Source: Macrostomum hystrix (taxonomy: Eukaryota; Animalia; Platyhelminthes). From it: DNA of 64,000 bases. The translations under genes were made by a program, and so were the position numbers. The notes below the pieces were generated by a model. The model was not told where the DNA came from. It searched no databases and saw nothing but the letters and a program-made list of their open reading frames with translations. The stretch covers positions 310,001 through 374,000 of the forward strand of contig CATNEN010000038.1 in the NCBI GenBank assembly GCA_950097015.1, read 5' to 3'. How positions within the stretch are numbered: the stretch's first letter is position 1; the number at the start of each line of letters is the position of its first letter. Positions 36,210 to 46,889 of this stretch are shown in pieces.

Positions 36210-36892
36210 AAATAGCGAATTGAATCTCGTACCACAGTACGTTAAAGAAATAGTAACTTAGTAATAAAAGAAACTAGCGACTTAAATAAAATAGCGAATT
36301 GAATCTCGTACCACAGTACGTTAAAGAAATTATCTATAGACTTAGTAATAAAAGAAACTAGCGAGTTAAATAAAGTAGCGAATTGAATCTCGTACCATAG
36401 TACGTTAAAGAAATAATCTATAGACTTAGTAATAAAAGAAACTAGCGAGTTAAATAAAGTAGCGAATTGAATCTCGAACCACAGTACGTTAAAGAAATTG
36501 TCTATAGACTTAGTAATAAAAGAAACTAGCGACTTAAATAAAGTAGCGAATTGAATCTCGAACCACAGTACGTTAAAGAAATTGTCTATAGACTTAGTAA
36601 TAAAAGAAACTAGCGACTTAAATAAAGTAGCGAATTGAATCTCGAACCACAGTACGTTAAAGAAATAATCTATAGAGACTTAGTAATAAAAGAAACTAGC
36701 GAGTTAAATAAAGTAGCGAATTGAATCTCGAACCATTGTACGTTAAAGAAATAATCTATAGAGACTTAGTAATAAAAGAAACTAGCGAGTTAAATAAAGT
36801 AGCGAATTGAATCTCGAACCACAGTACGTTAAAGAAATTATCTATAGACTTAGTAATAGAAGAAACTAGCGAGTTAAATAAAGTAGCGAATT
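36210..36892. repeat. 84-86-bp AT-rich tandem repeat
   Basis: About 8 units beginning TAGCGAATTGAATCTCG. Confidence 0.9.
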
Positions 36893-37375
36893 TTTTTTTG
36901 AAAAAATCAGATAGGTAGCGAAAAACTCTAGAAAATGAAATAAGCGGATTAAAGAAGCAATTAAAGTAAAACCTTTCAATAATTTATTGCAAATTTTCAT
37001 TCCAAGTATAACTGCTTAGCCTTGCTGGTGCTGCATCTCCAATAGTAAATTTTCAAGCAGAGATGGAAATAAGCAAAAATAGAAAACAGTTTAAATCGAT
37101 AAATGTCGAAGCAGATCTGTTTCATGAAGCCGTCTCTAATATGCGAGCCCTTTGTTTTAATTTAAACAGCCTCGAGGGCATGGCATTTAAATATTTTAAC
37201 CATGAATTGCAATATATTGTCAAGCCTTTCAAGCAAAAGCATTGACTGCAGTTATCGTTTCTTTTTGCTCTTCAAATGATATGCACAAAAAATTTTCAAA
37301 TCTATATTCATAACAAAATTGCATTTACTGTTTCAGCAGTCATTTAACAGTGATTCGTTATATTCACACAAAAAG

Positions 37376-37897
37376 GGTAGTGTGGGTAGACAGTCGGTAG
37401 TGTGGGTAGACAGTCGGTAGTGTGGATAGACAGTTGGTAGTCTGAGTTGACAGTTGGTAGTCTAGGTAGACAGTAGGGAGTCTGGGTAGACAGCTGGTAG
37501 TCTGAGTAGACAGTTGGTAGTCTGAGTAGACAGTTGGGAGTCTGGGTAGACAGTAGTTAGTCTGGATAGACAGTCGGTAGTCTGGGTAGACAGTTGGTAG
37601 TCTGGGTAGACAGTTGGTAGTATGGTAGGCAGTTGGTAGTCTGGGTAGACAGTTGGTAGTCTGGGTAGACAGTTGGTAGTATGGTAGGCAGTTGGTAGTC
37701 TGGGTAGACAGTTGGTAGTCTGGGTAGACAGTTGGTAGTGTGGGTAGACAGTTGGTAGTGTGGGTAGACAGTTGGTAGTCTGGGTAGACAGTTGGTAGTC
37801 TGCGTAGACAGTTGGTAGTCTGGGTAGACAGTTGGTAGTCTGGGTAGACAGTAGTTAGTCTGGGTAGTCTGGGTAGACAGTTGGTAGTCAGGGTAGA
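37376..37897. repeat. 20-bp minisatellite (GGTAGTCTGGGTAGACAGTT)n, array 2
   Basis: Same unit and orientation as 33340-34118, more degenerate. Confidence 0.9.
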
Positions 37898-38259
37898 TGC
37901 TTATTATAGAAATGTCGGCCTGGCATTGAAAAATGCTCAAATCGGGTGCTCATTTTTTTCTTCGAGTGAGTCCGTTCCCGCTGCATCAAGGAGTCGCACT
38001 GCCAGCGCCTGGAATTATTTATTAGCATAATCGAGTCAGCTGCTCAAAGTGTTCTCAACTGATCTGTGCGCATCAGGTGCTGCAGTTTCCCTCTTCGACT
38101 GACTCCTAACCAAATATAACCCGACCGAGTTTCTGGTCGAGTCGAAAATGGCTGCTGCGTAAGCCTGGTCGACTATCATTCAGTACCAAGCATTTGGAAC
38201 TGAATGATTTAATTTGAAACATTTTAGTAATACCTGTCCCCATGGATACTCTCCGTTTA

Positions 38260-39078
38260 GATTCTCTACCCTCAGATTCTCTCGCATCAGATCCTCTCCC
38301 CTCAGATCCTCTCCCTTCAGATCCTCTCCGTTCAGATCCTCTCCCCTCAGATCCTCTCCCCTCAGATTCTCTCGCATCAGATCCTCTCCCCTCAGATCCT
38401 CTCCCTTCAGATCCTCTCCCCTCAGATCCTCTCCCACTCAGATCCCCTCCCCTCAGATCCTCTTCCCTCAGATCCTCTCCCCTCAGATCCTCTCCCTTCA
38501 GATCCTCTCCCCTCAGATCCTCTCCCCTCAGATCCTCTCCCCTCAGATCCTCTCCCCTCAGATCCTCTCCCTCTCAGATCCCCTCCCTTCAGATCCTCTC
38601 CCCTCAGATCCTCTCCCCTTAGATCCTCTCCCCTTAGATCCTCTCCCTTCAGATCCTCTCCCCTCAGATCCTCTCCCCTCAGATCCTCTCCCCTTAGATC
38701 CTCTCCCTTCAGATCCTCTCCCCTCAGATCCTCTTTCATAAGTTCCTCTCCCTTCTGCTCCTCTCCCCTTAAATAATATCCCCTCAGATCCTCTCCCTTC
38801 AGATCCTCTCCCCTCAGATCCTCTCCCCTCAGATCCTCTCCCCTCAGATCCTCTCCCCTCAGATCCTCTCCCTCTCAGATCCCCTCCCTTCAGATCCTCT
38901 CCCCTCAGATCCTCTCCCCTTAGATCCTCTCCCCTTAGATCCTCTCCCTTCAGATCCTCTCCCCTCAGATCCTCTTTCATAAGTTCCTCTCCCTTCTGCT
39001 CCTCTCCCCTTAAATAATATCCCCTCAAATCCTTTCTCCTCAGATCCTCTCCCCTCAAACCCTCTCCCATCAGACCCT
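38260..39078. repeat. 15-bp minisatellite (CAGATCCTCTCCCCT)n
   Basis: Tandem units with a ~240-bp higher-order duplication. Confidence 0.9.
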
Positions 39079-39495
39079 CTGTTCACCCGTTGGCCAGCAG
39101 ATCTGAGTGAGGCATTGCCAGCATCCGAATGGCTAAAAGCCGCCCAAGCCAATAAATCGATGGCGCAATGGCCGTGCTCTCAGCTGCTTACAAAAGTCCC
39201 AGAGCTGCTCAGCTGGCAGAAATCTAGCTGTGAAACTGAGTGATTTTTTTTCTTTCTAAAATATATATACGAGTATTACCGAAGGACCTCTCTGGATTTC
39301 AGTGATGGCGGCTAATGCGCATTGGTGAGTGCCCCTCATTAACTCTTTCTGAGATCGAGTTGGGAATATTGCCGTGAGCATTATCCAATAATGCTTTTCA
39401 TTAGTGATACCTGTTTTCCTATTAGATCAGCATTATATCACTGTTAGCTAAAATAATTTTCTACGCATAATGAATACTTTTAATGCCTTAATAAA

Positions 39496-39837
39496 ATGTT
39501 AGCAAAAAAATTAAACATTTTGTCCGATAATTCCGCACCAATTGGCAGTTTGCTGACGGTGTTGATCGCCGTCCTGATCATCAACTCTCTCGGAGCTGCA
39601 CAGCCGCCGCGACAGCCTTCGACGACGATGACACAGCAGCGACAGCAGCCTCTCGAGTGCTGGCAGTCGGCCACGGACCAGCTCGGCTGCTACACCTGCT
39701 GCCAGCGAGAGCGCCAGGTGTGCCTGACCTCGCCCGAAGCCTGCGGACGCGTCGAAGTGGACTCCGCCGACAGAAGCGGCTGCGGCGATGCCTGCTGGGA
39801 CCTGATGAAGTACTGCGACTTTCAGTGCGGACTCTGA
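39496..39837 (+). CDS. Small secreted cysteine-rich protein (113 aa, 10 Cys), family unknown
   Basis: ATG ORF; hydrophobic stretch LLTVLIAVLIINSLGA; C-x9-C-x2-CC-x6-C-x6-C-x12-C-x3-C-x6-C-x3-C; GC-rich codon usage against AT-rich flanks; AATAAA at ~39992. Confidence 0.7.
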   Translation: MLAKKLNILSDNSAPIGSLLTVLIAVLIINSLGAAQPPRQPSTTMTQQRQQPLECWQSATDQLGCYTCCQRERQVCLTSPEACGRVEVDSADRSGCGDACWDLMKYCDFQCGL

Positions 39838-40062
39838 GCAAGAATTTGATGACCGGTGCATGAACAATCAGGCTGAGTGTTATCACGACAAACTGGATCT
39901 GAGCTGCTCGCGACAAACAACTAAATTTGTCAATTAAATTTGTCGTAAAAGCTTGGCTACTTGGGCAAGAAAGTTTATGTAATCAAAACTAAATAAAAAG
40001 CACCTATTTTACTCTTTGTTTTTTAATTAGTGCATATTTTCTCGGCGGAATCACTTTTCCAC

Positions 40063-40490
40063 TATCTGAAATCTCACAATCTGACTCTCTTTCCCATCGT
40101 CTGACATCTCACAATCTGACTCTTTCCCATCGTCTGACATCTCACAATCTGACTCTTTCCCATCGTCTGAAATCTCACAATCTGACTCTCTTTCCCATCG
40201 TCTGACACCTCACAATCTGACTCTTTCCCATCGTCTGACATCTCACAATCTGACTCTTTCCCATCGTCTGACATCTCACAATCTGACTCTTTCCCATCGT
40301 CTGACATCTCACAATCTGACTCTTTCCCATCGTCTGAAATCTCACAATCTGACTCTCTTTCCCATCATCTGAAATCTCACAATCTGACTCTCTTTCCCAT
40401 CGTCTGACACCTCACAAACTGACTCTTTCCCACCGTCTGATATCTCACAATCTGACTCTCTTTCCCACCGTCTGACATCTCACAATCTGA
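40063..40490. repeat. 33-35-bp minisatellite (TCTCACAATCTGACTCTTTCCCATCGTCTGACA)n
   Basis: About 12 units. Confidence 0.9.
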
Positions 40491-40889
40491 GAAAGAAACA
40501 TCTGAATAACCAAACCTCAGGTTGGATAATTGTTCAGCTTAATATCCTATATGCAAATTACACTGAAAACAAGATGTTCGCTTTGATCAACCAACATAGG
40601 CGGAGTTATTTGTAATGACCGTCTAATTAGCATTCGGATATTTGAAGCGATTAGAACGCTGGCTGCATTTCACGGTGAGAATTCGACTGGAAATAAAAGC
40701 TGCCTCAAACCTAATCCCCAGCTAATTTATCATAAAACTGCGTTTCGATAAAAACATTGCCGAACCGTAATTAGAAAATTTTTGTTTTCAAAAATATGTA
40801 AATTTGTTTAAACTAGCACTAAATAATTGAAGAGCCGTTTTTTAAGCCGAATCGTCTTATTACGAAGTAAATTCTTGAAAAATTTACTG

Positions 40890-41750
40890 AGGTTGGTGCA
40901 ACGTATAACTTTAAGGTTTGGTTTGAATACGTAAAATGTACTCTTCTGTGGGATAGAGGTGTAAAAGAGCTGATGAAACTGGGTGGGTACAATGTACATT
41001 GAATGCGAGGGTTTGAACGCGTACAAATGTACACTACTGTGGGATAGAGGCGTAGGAAGAGATGTAGGGGAGGTGGGTGCAATGTACATTGAAAGCGAGG
41101 GTTTGAACACGTACAAATGTGCACTACTGTGGGATAGAGGCGTAGGAAGAGATGTAAGGGAGGTGGGTGCAATGTACATTGAAAGCGAGGGTTTGAACAC
41201 GTACAAATGTACACTACTGTGGGATAGAGGCGTAGGAAGAGATGTAGGGGAGGTGGGTGCAATGTAAATTGAAAGCGAGGGTTTGAACACGTACAAATGT
41301 CCACTACTGTGGGATAGAGGCGTAGGAAGAGATGTAAGGGAGGTGGGTGCAATGTACATTGGAAGCGAGGGTTTGAACACGTACAAATGTACACTACTGT
41401 GGGATAGAGGCGTAGGAAGAGATGTAAGGGAGGTGGGTGCAATGTACATTGAAAGCGAGGGTTTGAACACGTACAAATGTACACTACTGTGGGATAGAGG
41501 CGTAGGAAGAGATGTAGGGGAGGTGGGTGCAATGTACATTGAAAGCGAGGGTTTGAACACGTACAAATGTACACTACTGTGGGATAGAGGCGTAGGAAGA
41601 GATGTAGGGGAGGTGGGTGCAATGTAAATTGGAAGCGAGGGTTTGAACACGTACAAATGTACACTGCCATGGGACAGAGGTGTAGGAAGAGATGTTGTGA
41701 TGTGGGTGCAATGTACATTGACAAAGAGGGTTTGAATTCGTACAAATTTA
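40890..41750. repeat. 90-bp tandem repeat
   Basis: About 9 units GTTTGAACACGTACAAATGT...GAAAGCGAGG; explains the 282- and 308-aa periodic ORFs. Confidence 0.92.
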
Positions 41751-42177
41751 CGCTATTTGGATAAATTTATAAGTTTAAGTCCAATAAAGCTACAACAGCA
41801 AAAAATTTTTTTTTATTTACGCAAAGACTTATTAGTTTTTTATTATTCGCACATGCAACAATTTACGATGGAACCAATCATTTAATTTTTTTCAATAAAT
41901 CATTGTGCATCGATTTCTTTTAAAGACAAAAAATCAAGTTATAGCGCTTCGGATCCTCGCGCTTACTTACTAAAAGTGTACGAGCGCAATTACAACACTT
42001 GTCAGTAATTTTTTTATGTATTTATTGAATCAACTCAGCAAATTGAAGCAACTGATAGCCGATTGATCACTAATTTAAACATCAATTAGAAGGTAAACTG
42101 TCACGGGTTGATTCTAAAATCCAACAAAAACTGAATAAAAACTACACTCGGCAGGTTCTGCCAGGTTGCGAAGCACT

Positions 42178-45176
42178 TCAGCGGCAGCACACGTGCAGGT
42201 GCAGCTCGCCCTTGTACGGCTCCCAGGCTCTGAACGCGCAGTCATCGGAGTCGGCCGGGCTGTGGCACTTGATGGCCGAATCGCCGAGCTTCGCCTTGCT
42301 GATCATGCCGCTGCTGGACGTGTCCAAGTAGATAGACTTCATGAAGCCGGAGCTCCTGGTGAAGCCAGGCGGACAGCTGCCACCGTTTGACAGCAGGCAG
42401 TAGCTGTACTTCGTGGGGAATTCACCTAAACGAATACGATATGTATAGTCAGTTTTACTTCGAAACTCCACTGTCTTAAAATGGGCCAAAGCTTTTCCGA
42501 CTTTTAGCGAATAGTTAATTACAGTTAATCAGTTAATTACTGTCGATCATTGTGCCCATTCCATGCACTTCTGCATCTACATCTGCATCGCCACACGCAC
42601 ACACATACAGCAGGATAAGTATACAACTACACAGGTAAACGTCGCACAGGTTTAAATCTGAAGTTTCCATGTCAGAGTCCTACTAACTGTGAGGGAAACA
42701 GTTTTTGTCATTGAGCAAGGAACTACATCCCAAATTTCTTAAATACATCCGGTCGTAAAATGGGTACTTTAGGACTTAGCCTTTAAAAGTGCCTCGCAAA
42801 CTTGCGAATGTTTTGCTAAATTCCAGAGGAAACATCCGACTGAGCACTCGCACTCACCGGAGCTCTGCAGCTCTTTGAGTAGCAAGCTGCTGTTCCGTTC
42901 AGGTACGGTGATCACCTTGAAGGTAATGGTCTGCTGGTAGATGGTGAGCTGCATGTTGTTGCTGACGAGCTCTCTCCTGGATCTGTAGGCCTGCTCGTTG
43001 ATTCGCACCAGCCGCATCGGTCGCACTTGGAATCTTTCGCCGTTCCACTCGACGTTCAAGTTGGAAGCTGCCAGCTTGCTGTTGAGCTCCTCCTGCGAGT
43101 AGGAGTCCTTGACAACCACCTGACTTCTGCTCTCGGAGCCGTGGTCGGTCTCAGTGCTGCTCCGACTGTGATCAGCGGAGGCGGAAAATATAAAGAATCC
43201 TCCTGAAACCCTTGTCGAACTGGTCGTGCTTCTGGTTGTACCGAACAGCTTCTTGGCCTCGTCGCTGCTGCTAAGGTACTCCCTGTCCACTTTCAAATTC
43301 CCAGTGGACTCGTCTTTCTTGAATGTCCTGGAGGCCTCGTGGACCACGCGGTCTGGTCGGGCGAACACCGGGTCCCAGAAGACGCTGCGCCACTTTGTTG
43401 AGCTCAGGCTGCTCGAGAAGATTTCGTCCTGCTTGAGGGCGCCCTCGATCATTTTCATGATGTCCAGTTCGTCGCGCTTCTCAACGTATTCGGTTGAGCG
43501 GATTGTGGTGGCGCGAACCGACGAGTAGGTCTCCTGCACCAGGTTGTTGAAGTCGTCTGCACGCATGTACCTGTAGGCGCGTGGTTCAGGCGGATTGACA
43601 CAAGTACACTAATGTTAGGCATCGCGAAGCAGAACTATCAACATTGGTGAAATGCTATTCCTCGGCTCTCTTGTGCCTAGACTCTGTGCCTGTGCCTGTT
43701 TCCAACAGGAGGTCTCAAGCATTGCTCAGGAGGAGGCCTTCTAATCTGCCGTTAGAGACGTCTATGGACGCTCTCCACAGGTGCCTGCTGCGGCATGCTC
43801 TGCATGTGCACTACCCCGAGCTGCTGTCGACCGGACGAGGCGAGCCCGCGTTCCGGCCCTTGGTGTTACCCTTCGCCGGAGGTGACATGCTGTGCCAATG
43901 CCTGGCTGAGCAGCTGACCCTTCTGCAGCAGCCGAGGCCAAGGACGAACTGTGCTAATGTGTACGCACAAGGGCCGTGCCCTCTGCCTAGCTGCCATTGA
44001 TGCAACTGAGTTTTCCCAAACTTTTGCGTTCCGGGATGTATATCTATCCCTTCAAAGCTATAAAGACAGTCGATGTGAGATGTCGACTCGTAAATATCAA
44101 GACTAATTACTTGAAATTGCCGTCCGATGGAATCAGGGCCAGCTTGGCGTAGGCGTTGGTCTGCATCAGATTTTCGGTCGTGACTGTCACCGTTTTGCTG
44201 ACAGACTTCTGCGCTGTCATGAAGCAATCCAGCACTAGACTGTCGAGGGTTCTCGGGTTCTCCTGCACCTTGGCCATGAGCGTGGCACAATGCGACTTAT
44301 TCTTGCAGGCGAAGATGAGCTTCAACGGATCGGACAGGTGATTCGTGGCCAGGAACTCGTTCTCCAGCACAATGCTCTTCTTCAGCGGCCGACTGCGCGA
44401 CTGCCACTGGAAGCGAACCTTCTCCAAGGGCAGCAGCCGCACTTCAGGCCGACTGACTCGCTTCATCCTGGACAGGAAGTCGATGACGCTGGCTGCAATG
44501 GAGCCGTTGTCGGGTTGACAATGAGATGCATATGAGTATGTTCGTTCGTTAGACAGCGGAGGTTCGTTTTTTACAATATGTATTAAGTACAGAATCCTTC
44601 AAGAATACATTCAGGTTTTCGCACAGAGTTTGGCCCTACAAAAGAGGTCTATAAAAATCACGAAAAATTTCTGAAGCATCTTCCCTTCACTTCATTTCAC
44701 TTTGAATTTTGAATTTGAATTCTCGGCGAGGCCTAATTAACTTCGGGGCGCAGCCACCAAGCTTAGTTCAATTTAGGCCTATGTGGACAAACCCTAGGCG
44801 CAGCGCACCGCTGTACACAAACGTGGGTGTCGGCAAACCATAAGACCAGATCCGTGCCAGAAGTTTTAGCTATGCACTCACACTGCAAATCGGTGTCCCA
44901 CATGATGACATCAAACCGGAGCTCCCAAAACTCGGTGAATTCGCTGTAGGTCAGCGAGCCTGAGCGATGGTCCAGCAGCACCAGAGGCGTGATGTAGAAC
45001 GTGTTGTTCTTGGTGAGGTGCTGGAAGATGGACACCGTGAACTGGTCCTTGTAGCGGTACTGGGCGAACTCACTAGTTGAGTACTGACTGTCCCAGAAGC
45101 TCAGGCCAGAGACTGTTGAGCAATGACTGATGGTGAGCACAGCAACAACGAATGAGACAATCAACAGCCTGACCAT
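42178..45176 (-). CDS. Secreted protein, paralogue A (545 aa): unrecognised core with amphipathic Ser/Thr hairpin + C-terminal ApeC-like Cys domain
   Basis: Exons 45176-44882, 44492-44111, 43570-42858, 42425-42178 (1638 nt; intron phases 1,2,1), same intron positions as paralogue B; signal peptide; C-terminus YCLL..GGSCPPGF...LHVCCR. Gene model is strong; function is inferred. Confidence 0.85.
43640..44000 (+). mobile_element. Probable decayed LINE 3' fragment in intron 2 of paralogue A
   Basis: LPL...MDALHRCLLRHALHVHYPELLST resembles the post-RT region of RTE-like elements; absent from the equivalent short intron of paralogue B. Confidence 0.4.
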
Positions 45177-46051
45177 TGTGGATTACAAGACTGCAGAAAA
45201 TTTAGTCAATGAAATATTTCCACTGCGAGTTGCGGAATCGCCCCTTGACGAACCAGCGAAATGAAAGGCTATATTTTGATACAGTGAAGACTTAACCAGT
45301 TTTGAGCCTCTAGTGAAAAAAATCGATAAGCTAGTTCGTACAGGTGAGGGCTCAGTTGTGAAGCGACGAAACGCGCCGAAATTGGAGAGAAAAATTCAGC
45401 GATAAAGCGAAAATTTTAATTATACTTTTTACACTTGAAATCAGTGGAAAAGCATTTTTGAAGCAAGAATTTTAGCTGCTAGGTGCTTTAATTACTAATC
45501 AAATGTGGAAATCTTGGCATCAAGTCACGAGTGTGCGTGTTGTCAAGTGCAAGTGAACTTGGCTCCACTATTTGGCATGAAGTTCAGCTTTGTGGTCCAG
45601 TCTGTGTGTACAGCCCCCGATTGCAAACTGTACAGTAAATTAAAGACTACTTTCTGTGTCGCGCATAATCATTTGACAAAATGATTCTTTGCCTAAAATT
45701 GAAGATCTGTGGCGTCTTTGCTGTCTTTCACTGTTTGAATGTCTTCTGGTGCGAGAAGGCACTAACGGACCATTAGAGAGAGGTGCTGTTCCAGGAGCTG
45801 GTCGATAGCAACCTGTTTTATGCATTGGCTACCCAAGTACGCCTGATGCGGCCTTCTGACCGGCTGCTCAAGCTGCCAAGGGCGAACGGCGAGATTCGCT
45901 AAAGGGGTTTTTACAGACCAAGCAGGGGGTGAATTTTTGAGACCGATGATCCAGAAGCGCTCCCTTCGTTCCCCTCTCTGACCTGCTGCTGCTGTGCACC
46001 GGCACAAGGTGTTGATCGTGAGACCATTGGCAGCTCAGAAAGTAAACTTGT

Positions 46052-46395
46052 GGGGGGTCGGTGGCAGAACGGTTATCGCGTTTGCCTCTCGCACCACGGT
46101 CCCTAAGTTTGATTCAAGGGCGAGGCCACATTTATTTGGGGCGCAGCCGCGGAGAGAAGGCTTTGGGGGCTTGTCGTGCAATTTACGCCCTTGAGGGCCA
46201 ACCTCCAAGGCACAGTGAAAGTGTACACTGCCTGACGATGAGAAAGTCAGGGCAGATGTACACACCTGTGTGAGCTTATGCCTGCGTACGTTATCTTGTG
46301 CGTGTGTGCTCAGGAGTCAGTGGAATGGGCAGAATTGCCTCCTCGCTGGCTGCGGGTCTAGTCACCAAAGGATGTGCCATTGCCAGCAGGCCACC
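46052..46395 (+). mobile_element. SINE family B, near-full-length copy (~340 bp)
   Basis: tRNA-like head GGGGGTCGGTGGCAGAACGG...TTTGATTC plus body shared with five other copies in the window. Confidence 0.7.
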
Positions 46396-46889
46396 TGCAA
46401 TTATTATTATAAGTAAACTTGTTGTTGGCTTATTGACTATCACCGGTCAATATCTCGACTAAATATTCCATCCAGTCAAAGGACACGTTGAGTAATTCAT
46501 GTCCCGGCCCCTAAAAAGTCGAGCCAGCGCATAATCGCGCACCATGTGGCACAGACATTTATATTTTTTTCTAGTTTTTTTTCAGACGACATTCGTTCCT
46601 AGAGTTTATTGTTGGCGTCTAAAAGGAACGGCATGAACTAAGTTGCTAAAAAGCAAACAAAAAATAGTTGAAAATTTGAATTTGAACAAGCTTAGATTAA
46701 AATCAATACATTTTCAGTAGTGAAGCAGGAATCACCGATTCATTTTTATTTAGCAACGTCAAACGAGCGTCGATCAGAATTACTTGTATGTATAGAACTC
46801 AAAGAAGTTGTTTTCTAAGATTGCTGAAGGCATCTCAACGTTAAGGTTATTTGATAATGGCAGCCGAATTAGGCAGACGTCTGGTTGCG

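Noticed and set aside
36210-41750. CRISPR-like appearance of the 84-, 33- and 90-bp repeats
   Set aside because: No unique spacers, no cas genes, eukaryotic context.
46228-46260. Hammerhead ribozyme core (CTGACGA...) in SINE B; also CTGATGA.GAAA near 58175
   Set aside because: No GAAA after a proper stem II and no compatible stems I/III.
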